64,000 nt of DNA from the human T2T-CHM13v2.0 reference genome, Homo sapiens (GCF_009914755.1 NC_060936.1); one strand, 5' to 3'. Counted from the first letter of the stretch, positions 35,009 through 50,574 are shown. A program made the numbers and translations. The notes: a model not told the origin generated them from the sequence alone.

Positions 35009-35437
35009 TTCTTTTTCTTCTTCAACAAATATTTGCAGCCTCGATCTCACTGCCCAGGCAACCTTAATCCAGACAAGTTTGCTTCCCTACCCTTCCCATG
35101 CCCATGTTCTGTTGAATCTGAATTTTCAAAGGCCATTGACAATCTGGCACGCACGATTCTCCATTCTTCTCATCGTCATTTCTCAGTTTTCTTCACCTCT
35201 GCAGTGTGTTTCTTCTTCTCTTTTTCAAAATTCTTCCTTTCCCTAGTTTTCATGACACTGTCCTTCTCCCTCTATAACCTTTCTTTATTATTTTTTCCAA
35301 ACTTCATCTTTCTTTCAAGAGCAAGTGCTCTTCAAGGTCTAATGCTTATAACTCTCTTCTTGCTGGGTACAGTGGTGGTTCTCAAGCTTGGCTGTACCTG
35401 AGGGTCACTTGGAGTATTCAAAAACTACTGAAGCTCA

Positions 35438-35567
35438 CGGAGAATTTTGAGGACAGGGAAACTATTCTGTTATGACACTATAATGGTAGATACAGGTTAT
35501 TATACCCTTGTTGAAGTTATAGAAGGTACAACATAACCAGGAGACTTTGGGTGATAACGATGTGTCA
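35438..35567 (+). mobile_element. L1MC 3' fragment
   Basis: gaaactattctg..atgacactataatggtagatac...gactttgggtgataacgatgtgtca. Confidence 0.7.
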
Positions 35568-35820
35568 GCCGGGCGCGGTGGCTCATGCCTGTAATCCCAG
35601 CACGGTGGGAGGCTGAGGCGGGCAGATCACGAGGTCAGGAGATGGAGACCATCCTAGCTAACACAGTGAAACCCCGTCTCTACTAAAAATAACAAAAAAT
35701 TAGCCGGGTGTGGTTGCAGGCGCCTGTAGTCCCAGCTACTCAGGAGGCTGAGGTGGAAGGAAGATTGCTTGAGCCCAGGAGTTTGAGACCAGCCTGGACA
35801 ACATAGCAAGACTTCATCAG
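35568..35820 (+). mobile_element. Chimeric AluY / FLAM(AluJ left arm)
   Basis: gatcacgaggtcaggagat..accatcctagctaacac (AluY) then gattgcttgagcccaggagtttgagaccagcctggacaacatagcaagac (FLAM/J left arm). Confidence 0.85.
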
Positions 35821-35975
35821 AAAGAAAAGAAAGAAGGAAAGAGAAGAAAGTAAGAAATAAGGAAAGAAAGAAAAGGAAGGAAAGAGAGAGGGGGAGGAAG
35901 GAAAGAAAGAAGGGAAGGAAGGGAAGGAAAAGGAAAGAAGGGAAGGAAAAGGAAAGAACGGAAGGAAGAAAAAGA
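35820..35975 (+). repeat. GA-rich low-complexity tract
   Basis: (GAAA/GGAA)n. Confidence 0.9.
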
Positions 35976-36371
35976 CTATTAATTAAAAACTGCTGATGCC
36001 TAAGCTGTCCCCAGAGATGGTGACTTAGTTGCTCAGGGTGGAGCCAGGGCATCAGTGGTTTTTACAAAGCCCTCTGGTGGATTTTAAGGGGCAACTAGGG
36101 TTGGGAAATGCTGGGCAACACTTTTTCCCTGAGAATCTTTGCTCTCTTTTAAGCTTCGCTGATCACTTTTAAGCAGGAAACCCCCAAATTTAACTTTCCA
36201 ACTCTGCCTTTTTTCCAGGGTTCTCAGGTTTACAACCTCCGCTTTTATGGATATGTCAGAGATCGTATCAAACTTACCATCTTTTTATTTCCCCAAATTC
36301 CTTTTCAAGTCATCCCTGTTTCTGTTCAGCACATCCTTTATCAGCTTGGCTACCCGGGTTTTAGAAACCTC

Positions 36372-37198
36372 GACACTTCTCAAAAGAAGACATTTATGCA
36401 GCCAAAAAACACATGAAAAAATGCTCACCGTCACTGGCCATCAGAGAAATGCAAATCAAAACCACAATGAGATACCATCTCACACCAGTTAGAATGGCGA
36501 TCATTAAAAAGTCAGCAAACAACAGGTGCTGGAGAGGATGTGGAGAAATAGGAACACTTTTACACTGTTGGTGGGACTGTAAACTAGTTCAACCATTGTG
36601 GAAGTCAGTGTGGCGATTCCTCAGGGATCTAGAACTAGAAATACCATTTGACCCAGCGATCCCATTACTGGGTATATACCCAAAGGATTATAAACCATGC
36701 TGCTATAAAGACACATGCACACATATGTTTATTGCGGCACTATTCACAATAGCAAAGACTTGGAACCAACCCAAATGTCCAACAATGACAGATTGGATTA
36801 AGAAAATGTGGCACATATACACCATGGAATACTATGCAGCCATAAAAAATGATGAGTTCGTGTCCTTTGTAGGGACATGGATGAAGCTGGAAACCATCAT
36901 TCTCAACATATTATCGTAAGGACAAAAAACCAAACACTGCATGTTCTCACTCATAGGTGGGAATTGAACAATGAGAACACATGGACACAGGAAGGGGAAC
37001 ATCACACACTGGGGACTGTTGTGGGGTGGGGGGAGGGGGAGGGACAGCATTAGGTGATATACCTAATGCTAAATGACGAGTTAATGGGTGCAGCACACCA
37101 ACATGGCATATGTATACATATGTAACAAACCTGCACATTATGCACATGTACACTAGAACTTAAAGTATAATAATAATATAAAAAAAAGAAAAAAAAAA
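36372..37198 (+). mobile_element. 5'-truncated L1PA (L1PA4-like) with ORF2 C-terminal remnant
   Basis: ORF 36413-36919 matches L1 ORF2 C-terminus ([27 protein letters not shown]...) and stops early; G-rich 3'UTR; poly-A; TSD agaaacctc (36363-36371, 37199-37207). Confidence 0.95.
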
Positions 37199-38340
37199 AG
37201 AAACCTCAGAATCCCAGCATCAAGGATTCTTTGAGTTCACATCTCTGACCTTTTCTTCAAAGCTGGAGTCCCCTCATACTCACTCTCTGCCTCTGTTTGG
37301 ATCTTTGTAGCCACGAAGCTCAGTCCTTGGCAAAGATCCTCTTTTTTTAAATAACACTTTTTTTGTTTTTCTTATTGCACAGCTGGTTCATGTGAGTGAT
37401 AGAAAAAAAGCTTAAAAATATAGAAGAGCATAAAGGAGAAAATAAAAACCACCCACAGTACCATCCCCTGCCAGCTATTATTAATGTTTTGGTATAAAAA
37501 TAGATGTAAAAGAGAAACAGGTTAAATCGTGACATGTTTTTAATGTCATTCTTCACTGAACGTGACATCGTGAATATTCCCCCATCATACTCTTCCAAAT
37601 CATTTCAAATAGTTTTTATTTTAAAAATAATTTTGTCTAAGAAAGTAGTACATGCTCATCGTACAAAAGTCAAACGAGGAGAAGCAGGGAACTCCTCCTT
37701 CTCCCTCCCCTACTCACGTTTTTCTTGTAGGGGGAAAGAATTCGGTATTTCAAAGAAAGCTTTTGTTGGCATTCTTTGTACTTATTTTCTGGGTTGACTT
37801 TTTAAAATGGAATTATATAATCTTTTCAGAGCTCGAGGCATCTAGAGGTTTGGGGCTGTTTGGGGCTATTCTGTCCCCCTCCATCACCACCTCCCTGGGG
37901 CTCATCACTCTTAATTCCAACATGCTTTGGAATTATGGCAAAGGCAATCTTTTTAAGGGCAGTTCTGATGGTTGGAAAGCTCTTCTTTATGTCGTGTTGA
38001 AACTGCTTCTTGTCCTTTACTCTTGGCTCCAGACTTTCTTTATGGAGCTAGTGAAAAACTAAACCAAACCCATAAAACAAACAAGCAAGGCAAAACAAAA
38101 ACAAACAAAAATCCATACAGACAACTGTTTGTCTAATTTGACATGTCCTCCCTTTCTCCCCCAACTCAGAACTGATCTTTGGCTGCCTTCAGAGGGAGAA
38201 ATCAGGTCAAGACCATGGCTGTGCAGCCAGACCCCCTGGGTTCCTTGGACAAATTTCTTAATCTTCTCTGAGCCTCAGTTTCCTCATCTGTGAAATGGGA
38301 ATAACAATAGTACCTACCCACAGTGTTACTGTGGGGATTA

Positions 38341-38731
<391 letters not shown>

Positions 38732-39176
38732 TCATGGAGAAGGGAAGGTGGAAAGGTTGTCAGGCTCTGAGATTCTCACCTGGAAAACTCACCTGGTTGC
38801 AGAGACCCTGTATTTGTTTCTGTCTTCGGTTTAGAACTCATTTCAGTGATTACTGTTGCATGTCTGCCTGTGGCTAGAGGCCCCCAAAACTGAAATTGTG
38901 AAGGTCATGGGAAGAACATGGGGGACAGACAGGGTGAGAAGAGGCAGCCAAGGTTGGGGAATGTGGAGAGAGGGTGGCAGAATCAAGTGAGTTCTGACCT
39001 GACGGCTGCTGGTCCCAAGCCTTAAGCAGCTGGGTGAAGTTGGACAAGCTGTTTAAGCCTCATTTTCTCACCTGCAGAATGGGTTCAATAATGGGTGATG
39101 AGGAATAATATGCCTTTGCCTTACAATCATTCAGCTCTCACTTGGCGACCATCCACCTCCCTTTCTTTCATCCTCA

Positions 39177-39818
39177 TGGTACAGGAGTTAAAAAGAAATT
39201 ATTTAGGCAGATAGTGAGGGTAAGAGAGTCCTCAGTAAGGTTTCCTTTTAATAAAAAGCAGCCCCCAAATCATTTCTTTTCTAACAAAAAGCAGTCTGTA
39301 AAATCAAGCTGCAGACACAGATAAGGAAGCTGGAAGCTTGCATGGGTGAATGCTGGCAGCTGTGCCAATAGGAAAAGGCTACCTGGGGACCAGGCATGTT
39401 CAACATGGCAGCTCCATCTTCCCTTTTGTCAACCACGGGGACAGTAAGGAACAGACAACATGGTGCCGGCCAGGGAGAGACCCTATCTACATAATAGAAG
39501 ATTAGAGTGGGGCGGCCAGCTTCTTCACATGCTATGTAAATGACACATCTGGTCCAACCAATCTTTGGGCCCTATATAAATCAGGTACCACCTTCTCAAG
39601 CCAGTCTGTAAAACCCCATGCACTTCACCAAGAAACTGGAAGACCCACTCAGGCACCTCTCTCTCTCTGCAGGAGAGAGAGCTATTCTCTTTTTCTCTGT
39701 CTTTTGCCTATTAAGCCTCTGCTCTAAAACTCACTTCTTGTGTGTGTCTGCATCTTCGGTTTTCCTGGCATGAGACAACAAACCTTGGGTATTTAGCCCA
39801 GACAATGATGCCACTTCA
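39177..39818 (+). mobile_element. LTR9-like ERV1 solo LTR inserted in a MIR
   Basis: tggtacaggagttaaaaagaaattatttaggcagatagtgaggg...gccacttca; TG..CA ends; 4-bp TSD ctca. Confidence 0.85.
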
Positions 39819-39967
39819 CTCATAACAACTCTGTGAGGCAGATGTGAACATCCCCATTCTACAGATGAGAACATTGAGGCACAGAGGGGTGGGTCATTTT
39901 CTCAAATCCACGCACTAAAAAAGTACAGGGCTCGGATTGGAATGTAAGTGGGCCCCAGAGTTGGGAA

Positions 39968-40265
39968 TTTTTTTTTTTTTTTGAGATGGAGTCTCACTCT
40001 GTCATTCAGGCTGGAGTGCAGTGGCATGATCTTGGCTCACTGCAACCTCTGCAACCTCTGCCTCCCGGGTTCAAGTGATTCTTGTGCCTCAGCCTCCTGA
40101 GTAGCTGGAATTCCAGGCATACACCACCACACCCAGCTTATTTTTGTATTTTAGTAGAGACAAGGTTTCACCATATTGGCCAGGCTGGTGTCAAACTCCT
40201 GACATCAAGTAATCCGCCCGCCTCCCAAAGTGCTGGGATTACAGGCATGAGCCACCGCGTCAGGC
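39968..40265 (-). mobile_element. Alu (AluS)
   Basis: Small internal duplication tgcaacctc x2; TSD cccagrgttggga. Confidence 0.93.
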
Positions 40266-40459
40266 CCAGGGTTGGGATCCTAATGAGCTTTTAGGCTGAC
40301 TAAATAAATAATAATAAGCCTATGATTTATTGAGCTACTTATTTGGTGCTGCTTCTCTCTGTTAATCTGTACGACAACTCTGATTCAATGCCTGGCCCCT
40401 GGAAAGTCACCCTGTAGGTGTGCAAGGACTCTCTTCCCTCGGGTGGGGGCCTCCTTTGT

Positions 40460-40935
40460 TTTAGAGCAGTGGAGTCCTCACACCTGCCTGCCTGTTAGGT
40501 TCACACAGGGAACTTGACAAAGGTAATGATGCCAGGCCCCACACCAGTTTCTGATTCCATTACTCTGGGATGGGAGCCCTGCATGGGGAGTTTTTAAAAG
40601 CACCCTGGATGATTCGAGGTTTTGCAGGCAAAGTTGAGAACCTTTGCTTAGAGAGGTTTTACACCCCTCCAGGTGTGATTCTCAATCTTGGCTGCAGGCT
40701 GCATGTTAGAATCATCTGGGAACTTGGAGATTCTGAGCCATTGGTTTGAGAGGGGAGTTGAGTATCGGTCTTATTCACTGAGCTAATTAATGCCTGTTGG
40801 ACCTTACTAGGTGCCAGGCAGTACATTAACTCATTGAATCCTGGACTGACCAAATCATTCTGGTTTGCTAGGGATTTTCTGCCCAAAGACTTTAGGTCAG
40901 GTGTGGGCACACCTGGATGGTTGGTCACCCTACTG
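40460..40935. mobile_element. MER5-type and MER94-like hAT fragments
   Basis: agcagtggagtcctca..aagttgagaacc; attctcaatcttggctgca..ttagaatcatctggg; ggatggttggtcaccct. Confidence 0.55.
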
Positions 40936-41028
40936 AATCCCTCCCTAAACTTACATTTCATCTTGACCTCACTTGCTTATTTCATGACATATCTCTGAGA
41001 AAAGTTCTACTGTTAAGCCTGTGTTGTT

Positions 41029-41364
<336 letters not shown>

Positions 41365-42199
41365 TTACAGGGAGAGTGAGGTTCAGGGAGTTTGATGACT
41401 TCCCATGGTCAGTCGCCACTGTACTAGATGGGAAATCTGATCTTCTGACTCCCAGCTCATGGCATGACTTCTGTTAGGCTGCTTGGGAGGATAAAAGATT
41501 GTCCCCTTGCAGAGGCTTGAGGGTCATGGGCTTTGACGTGCTTTGCATCCATCGGCAGAGCTTGGGCCTCCCGGCTTTCCCTCCTTCAAGAGCTGAGAGC
41601 CTTACTGCGACCCTTTCCTCCTGGGGGATGTGGGGGTTGTGTGTTAGAAAAGGCCAGGATGACTATTAGCAGTCAGGTGCTGTTCATTTAGAACATCTGC
41701 CCTTGGGTCCCCAAGGCAGCTCCATCGAAGACATATACTAAGGCATTGTCAGATTCCATAAACAGCTTCTTGCCCTCGGGGGAGCGATCTGGACAGGGCT
41801 GATCAGGCTGGTGAAATGTCATCTGAGGTGCAGAGTCACAGGGGACATGTGGGTAGGCGTGCACAAAGGATTCTTTTAGCATAATCTGGTGTTTTGGGGA
41901 TAGGTGTGGGGAGAGAAATAGGTGGCCTGGTTTCTCAACTCAAGGCAGCTGGATTTCAATTTTTTTTTTTTTTTTAACTCCAGTAAAGTGACCAGCTGGG
42001 TGCTCCAGAGAGAAGGGAGGAGCCCTCTTTGCCCTGGAGCAGTTCTATGGCGTGCTGAAAGATTTGCATATTTGAAACATCAGTGCAGGGACTCTTATTG
42101 CACAGGAGCTGACTTTAGGAGGTACAAGGACAAACTTTAAAAATGTGAATCATTCTTTAGTTATATGAATACAACGAGGAAAACAACATTATAACTATG

Positions 42200-42680
42200 C
42201 ACTGAAATAGAAGTTCCATGAGGGTAGGGATTTCTTTTATCTATTTTGTTCACTACTATAAAGCTTACGCTAGGACAGCACTTGGCACATAGTAGGTGCC
42301 CAACAAATAAATGAATGAATGTCACAGCACATGTGTGGTTTTACCAGATGATGGAATTTGAGCTGAGATTTGTAAGGATGAACAGGATTAATTTAGGAAG
42401 AAATAAGTGAGATTAGAGGGGAGTGGAGAGGAGAAGATCCAGGTGGGGAATGCAGCCTACACAAAGGCTAAGAGGTAGGATAAACAAGGCCCATGCAGTA
42501 TCAGCTAACATCTACTGTGAGCTGATCCTAGTGCCTTACTACCACACTGCTAAGCACTTTCATGTATTAACTAATTAAAGCCTCATATTAACCCTTGTTA
42601 CATCTTCCCTTTACAGATGGGGAAACTGAAGCCCAGAGTGGTGAAGTACCTTGCTCAAGGACAGGCTGTACCCCTGACTT
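42200..42680. mobile_element. L2 tail and MIR fragments
   Basis: gttccatgagggtaggga...ggcacatagtaggtgcc; ttacagatggggaaactgaagccc. Confidence 0.65.
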
Positions 42681-43565
42681 GGCTCTTTCTCAGTCCTACA
42701 AGGCTGTAGGGTCTAAGGCTCATATTGGGGGGCTGGGGCAGGTGGAGTGTGTGTCCCAGCCTGCCCAAAACCCACTGCTGCCTCAGCTTGGGTGGCAAAG
42801 GCCTGGTGTCCCTTCTGCTCTCCGGCCCACAGGAGCCCGCAGGAGCCTGATTTAACCCAGAAGCTGTTTTCACAGGTTTCCATTTTTAGCTCTCTGGACT
42901 GGAACGCAATGTTCAATGCACTGTAAACCTCCATGTCAGTTTGATTATACGAGAGGCGTGTGTGGGCTCCTGCTCTCTCGTTTCCATGTCTAATAATAAC
43001 CCTCTGGATTCTCTTGCCTCTTTTCTTCCAAGGCCCTCAAAGCATTTCATATGCAACGTCCCATTTAAGCTTCCAGTTCCCCAGGGAGGCAGCTGGTGGC
43101 TATTATGTAGAAGGGTTTCCGGGACTATTCAGTTCTCTTCAAATGGAAAAGGTTAGAGTCACCTCTGTCTTAAACATGAGAAAAGCGGAGTCACGAGAGA
43201 GTGGAGAGATGTATTAAAGAGAGCTGGTGTTTCATGAATGCCTACTATGTGTATCTTATCTTACCCACCCTGGGACATGCAGCTGTGAATTGTCTTTTTT
43301 TTTTTTTTTTGTAATATTTATTTATTTATTTATTTTTATGGCTGAGAAAGAATGCCCAGAGGGACTGACTTATTCAAGGTCACATAGCTCATAACTGATG
43401 AACTGTGGATTTGACCCTGGATTCACTGCCAAGGTCTTTGGTTTTTCTTTTGTATCATTAAATGAGATGTTCTAGAAATAGGTGCAGAGTGAGACCTTCA
43501 TTCTCTTGGTTCCTAGGCCAAGCCAGCCCTTGTTCCTTTCCTTAGATCTTGACATGAGAAATTTA

Positions 43566-43895
<330 letters not shown>

Positions 43896-44789
43896 TTACA
43901 GACTGAAAGGATTATTTCTCATCTGTCAATCATTAGTCATCTCTCACCTTTTAAAAACTATTGAAAGTAAGAAACTACTTGCTTGCTTTCCTTTCATCCC
44001 TATTATTCATTCATTCATTCATTCATTCATTCATTTGGCAAGTATTTACTGCTTCCTCTTTTGTGCTAGGTACTGTGGGCATGCCTGGGATGAAGACAAT
44101 GTCCCACTCAGAGTTTATTTTGTCCAGGGCGCTGCTAAAGCCCCTGAAACAAGTGCCTTCACCTCTTTGATCCCCAGTGTCCTTATCTGTAGAATGGGGA
44201 TAATAATGGTTCCTATTTCATAGGATCATTGTGAGCTAAGGATGTGTGGGCAGCAAAAATATTTCAGAGTGAAGGAATAGATCAACCTCCAGAGCAGAGG
44301 TGAAAGCAGTGAGAGCAGAGATGGGGAGATGTTTTTGGGCAGGATATGCCTAGTTCAATGTCTTGGGATAGGCTTAGGAAGGTGATGCTCTCCACTGTTA
44401 AGCTGACCAACTGGTGGACAATATCCATGTCTCACAGACTGACTGTCTTGGGGAGGTTGGAGAGTTGAGTTGATTCAAATCAAAAAGCATTGGTTGAGCA
44501 CTTACTTGGTGTAGAGAGGCTGTGGAGACAGACATACCTGCATTTCAGTCCTAGCTCTATGACAACTGTGTGACGGAACAGCTGTTGCACCTCTCTGGAC
44601 CTCAGTTTTTGCTTCTGTAAATGGGAAATAAAAACATCTTCAGGTTCTTGTGAGGATTAGAAATGATATATAGAAAGCACTTAGCACAGTGCCTGGCACG
44701 TGCTGGTGCCCAGTCAATGGATGTTATTGCTATGCTGTATGTGGTACTGACTGAGATTCTGAAGTATTAAAAAGCCTTGAAATGGAAGG

Positions 44790-45250
44790 GTTAGGTCTTC
44801 AGGTATAGCTGGATGCAGGTGCTCATATGATGTCATAACGTCATCTCTATATACCTCTCAGCTCTGCTTTCATTCATATTGGCTTCATTCCCAGGATGAT
44901 GTTCTTCTCCTGGTGGCAAGATGGTCCTCAGCAGCTCAAGACTCAGATACTACCCACTAACCCAATGGAACAAGATATTTTTCCCTCTAGTTATAGAGAC
45001 ATTCAAAGACTTCAGTCCCCTTGGACCAACTTGGGTCTTGTGCCCATCCTTGAACCAATCACTGAGGTCAAGGGTGGACAAAACAAATCGACCAGATCTG
45101 GGTGTGTCCATCCCTCAAGCTGAAGGATGGGATTATCAGCTTTAAACAAACCATAGGGACTAGGAGTGGGAGGGGGCAGTTTCTCCAAAGGAAAGACAAA
45201 ATCTTCTTCTAGGTTCTGTTACTAGAAGAAAGGGAATGGTGCTGGACAGG
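44790..45250 (-). mobile_element. MLT1K-like LTR
   Basis: cttcaggtatagctggatgcagg...ctcagctctgctttc...ttgggtcttgtgcccatccttgaaccaatcactg. Confidence 0.65.
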
Positions 45251-45251
45251 T

Positions 45252-45486
45252 GTGTTAGGCTGGGTCCTTCCAGAGGCAGACTAGAGATGAGGATTTTTGT
45301 CCAAGTAATTTATTTATTAAGAAATACAGGCCAGGCATAGTGGCTCATGCCTGTAATTCCAGCACTTTGGGAGGCTGAGGTGGAAGGATTGCTTCACTTG
45401 AGTTCAGGAGTTTGAGGTTGCAGTGAGCCATGATCATGCCACTGCAATCCAACCTGGGTGACAGAGTGAGACCTTGTCTCACCAAA

Positions 45487-45517
<31 letters not shown>

Positions 45518-45930
45518 CAAACAGGAAGAAATATGCATATGGAAGAAACTACTGGGAGTGGGGAGGCAGGATAAGGATAAGGGGGAGGAAGCCAAGTAAG
45601 GGTATGATTTCAGGTGAAGTCCCAGCCTTAGCTTTGCAGTGAGTGTGAATCACACATCAGAGTGTGTCCCACCTCCAGGCAAGGAAACTGGGTGTTTGTA
45701 TCCAAGAACTGGTCATTGGCAATGGCCTTCCCTGGTTATATATACACATTCCCAGGGACTTCTGGGTCTCTGAATAGGGGATGCAGCTCACTGCTCAAGG
45801 ACAGTGCTCTGAAGAAGGTCACAGGTACAAAGTTTTAGCAGCAAAGCACACAGAAGCTCTGGAGTGTACAGAAGTGGTAAAAGGAATCCCAGAGGATCTG
45901 GATGGGGCTCTAGCAATGTCTCTGCAATGG
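45252..45930 (-). mobile_element. LTR16-class LTR with a FRAM-like monomer inserted (45329-45515, +)
   Basis: gttaggctgggtccttccagaggcagactagagatgaggatt; single-arm Alu with poly-A. Confidence 0.6.
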
Positions 45931-46724
45931 GAAAATCACAGCCCTCTGGAATGGAAGGAGATGAAGGAGGAGTGGAGGAACTGGTGAGGAGATGGGGCAG
46001 ATGAGATGGTCTCTCAACCTTATCAGGTTGAGGAGGAGAAAGCAAGAGGTGTAGCACAGCCCCCTACCTCCCTGTCCCTCCACCACACCACTGCTAACAA
46101 TACCCGTCATCACAGTGTCCCTTACAGTCCTCAGCAACATGTTGAGGCCTCACTGTGCAGAAACAAGTGAGGAGGTGATTCAGCAAACGGCACAGGCATC
46201 AGGGAAGCAAGAGGGGCTGCTTAGCCCCCTGTGAGATGGATGAGGTTGGCATGAGGTCGCTGGGCCCTGGGAGCTCCGGGTACCTGCCCATGCCAAGGCT
46301 GACCCTCCAGCAGCTGAGGTCCGGAGGCTCAGCAGTCCCTCGGGCTCATTTAGCCCCTAATTGCCTCCTCCCTACCCACCTCTCACCCTTCCAGTGGCGT
46401 CTCTATCTATCAGGAGCAGCTATCACCTTCTTGCACCAGCTTTCATCTGTCCCCATTTTACCCAAGCCATCTGGCATTGAAGGTTTCTGCAGAGAGAGCT
46501 GAGTGGTAGTGAGAAGGAAGCCAGTGAATGCATCAGGCCAAGTCAGCAGCTCTGTCCTCAGTGTTATGGCCACTTGCTGTGCTAATCATTTTGAGGGTAA
46601 TGAGGTGGTTCAGGCCAGGGAAGACAAAATAACAAGAGTCATTTTTTTTGAGCCCTTGCTCTGTGCGAAGTGCTCCACAAGCATTACTCACGCTATCCCA
46701 TCCAGCCTTCATAGGAACCAGCAT

Positions 46725-47545
<821 letters not shown>

Positions 47546-47620
47546 GACTGAGTCATGAGAAGGGGGCATAAAAGATGAGAGGTTCACTAGGCGTTTGTGT
47601 TATTATTATTCTCCATTTTA

Positions 47621-47986
<366 letters not shown>

Positions 47987-49814
47987 CTAATAAGTGACAA
48001 GGTGGTGAATGGATAGCAGTTCAGTCAGATTTCAGAGTCTGAGCTCTTGGCCACCCCTCCAAGGTGCTGCTTTGATGAGACAGGGTGTGGTTCTATTCTT
48101 GGGGTCTCCAAAGTACTGTGGCATTGCCTGTATCAATAAGTAATGATCCATTTATTGGAAATGAACCTTGGATCAGGAGTTGGAGGCATGGGTTCTACTT
48201 CTGGGCTGCCAGTTGTTAGATATGTGACCTTGGGCAAGAAGTGGAACTCTGAAGCTCAGTTTCATCATCTGTATGTAGAATGGCATCCCCTCTACCTCAC
48301 AGGGTAGCTAATTGGATGTGAAAACGCCTCTGCATCTGATGTCCCTTTTGTTTGGCATGACATTTCCTCCAGGTTGAGTTAGATGCTCTCTCCTCTGTGC
48401 TTTTGCGATGATACATTTATGAGTCTATTTTCTCTTGAGGCCATGGACAGATTTCATTCACTATTTCAATAAAGATTTTGAATATCTGCTATGTGGTAGT
48501 CATTGTGCTATGTCCTGGCTAATTCATCTGATGCCTGGTCATAGTAGGTACCAGGTAAATTTTTATTAAACTGAACCTTCCTATTCTGTACCCAATTCAA
48601 TGTGGGTGGTGCTCTCCATGAGCTCATGCCTTCTGCTTCTTACTACTTTCAACCAAACAACCTTCCTGGTACACCTGAAAAACAAATCATAATGTGGGTT
48701 TTGGAAAAATATATTTAAAACTTCAGGAATGAGACAGGAGAGAATCAAAGTCATCAGTAAAAGACTGGGCATGTTCAGGCCAATCAACTGGGTCCTGAAA
48801 AGCAAAAACAAAACAAACAGACAAGACTGGGCAGGAAGGTGATCTCACTGATAAGCTTCCAGTGGGACTTGCTGGCTTGAGCAGCTCTGGGGGATGGAGT
48901 TGCTAGGAGCTTCAGTGGGCCTCATGTCCCTGGCTGGGCATATCCCTCAACCAGGATCTAGGGCTGTTTTGCAAAGTTGTCCTGAAACATTGCATGTTCT
49001 TACATCAGTGCTTTCTTGAATCCAGCCAGCCCAGGTCCAGGACTTGATATCACCTGTACCACTGTGGCTGTTGGGGACAGCAGGAAGAACACCGACTTGG
49101 GGGTCAGGGATCGTGTGTTCCAGTCTGGCACTGCTACTTCATTGCGTAACCATTCTGCAAGTGTTCTCCTCTCAGTGGGCCTCAGTCAATCTGCATCTGT
49201 AAATGTAAATAAATTTACATTTATTTTGTTTTGTATTATTGTGTTTCTGTAAATAGCACAATCTCCTAGTGGACCTCTTGACTTTTAGGCCTCCTTCTCA
49301 TGATTCGATCCTCCTCTTCTGACAAGAATATGTAGATTTCTTTTCCTTTGGGGAAGCACCACTCCTCCAACCCCAGTCCATGTGTTTCAGGTGACGCTAA
49401 CTCCACCTTCAGCTCCAGATGAAGGCACATGACTGAGGCTCAGATGTTCTACATCTGTAAAATAATCACGACTAACATTTATTGAATTGAGTGTTTACTA
49501 TAAGCAAGACACTGTGCTGGGCTCTTTACCGGTAGCAACTTCTGTGAACTATGCACTGTGACCAGCCCCATATTACAGATGAGACAACTGAGGCACAGCG
49601 CACATTACATAACCATCCAAAGTTATGCACCTAAGCTCTTAATTACTGCCTAGACCAAAGAGGGAACTTGAGTGCTAAACCTCCTCCACTCACCTCCTCC
49701 CCACTGGAAAAGAGAGTGGGTTGCCTTATCATTGACTGTCTTTTAGTTGGGTTTGATGTGTGTTGTTTTTAGTAAATATTAAAAAAATTCTAAAACAAAC
49801 AAGTTGTAAAGCAC

Positions 49815-50365
49815 ATCTGACATTTTTCCTGCCCAACTTCCATACCCCCTTTCTCTGGCTGCAGAACCTCTAGTTTCTGTGGGTGAACCACCTGTCCCCA
49901 TTCTCAGTCTTTGGCATTCTGAATGGGCTGATCCTCCCTCCATGGCCCATTCAGATCTAGGAGATGGACTGTGACTCAGGTCTGACTAATCAGAGCACTC
50001 CTCCCTCCTTTGGGCTCTACAGTAATTGCTCCGGAAGTGAACTTGTGATCTAAGCCTGGCCAACTCATCTAAAGCTATTAGGAAAGAGAAGCTCCTTTTG
50101 CACTGGAGAGTTCTGAGCTTGTGGAATGTAAACTCTGGCTTGCTGGAGCCATCTTGTCACCATACTAGAGAAGCCTGTCAAGAATGAACTCCATACTAAG
50201 GATCACAGGCCTGAGATGTGAGGATGGACAGAATCCTGGTAAAATAGATTGAGTTCCTGGGTCCAGTCATATCAGAAGCTAGTACTATGATGGTATTTTC
50301 TGTTCTATGTGCCAATAAATTGTCTTTCTTGTTTAAGTTGCTTTGAGCTGGATTTTCTGTCAGTT
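49815..50365 (+). mobile_element. MLT1K-like LTR
   Basis: gtgactcaggtctgactaatcagag...gccaataaattgtctttcttgtttaag..tttgagctggattttctgtca. Confidence 0.65.
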
Positions 50366-50574
50366 TCAATAAAGATGGGGAAGGAGTACTCTTGGCAAAG
50401 GAAGGAGACCCAGGTCTTGTGTTTGGTGTCAAATCATGTAGGGTCTTATAGTTAATGGTGAGGAGTGTGGGCTTCTGCCATGAGGTGGGGACTTTTGTCC
50501 TACCCATGGATAGATACTTTCTTTCACACCCCTCGCCCTAATTGAGAATCACTGATTGAGGTGAATGTACCAGG

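Larger units (their letters stand above)
35370..36115. mobile_element. MER5-type hAT element split by an L1MC fragment and a chimeric Alu
   Basis: cagtggtggttctcaagcttggctg...aaaaactactga | aaaaactgctgatgcc...agggttgggaaatgctg. Confidence 0.7.

Noticed and set aside
36069-36081. CTCF-like core ccaccagagggc on the minus strand
   Set aside because: The 3' bases mismatch the consensus, it is an isolated hit within a MER5 relic, and it cannot be supported without ChIP data.
36413-36919. 168-aa ORF as a gene
   Set aside because: It is the L1 ORF2 C-terminus in a 5'-truncated copy, with a premature stop and no promoter.
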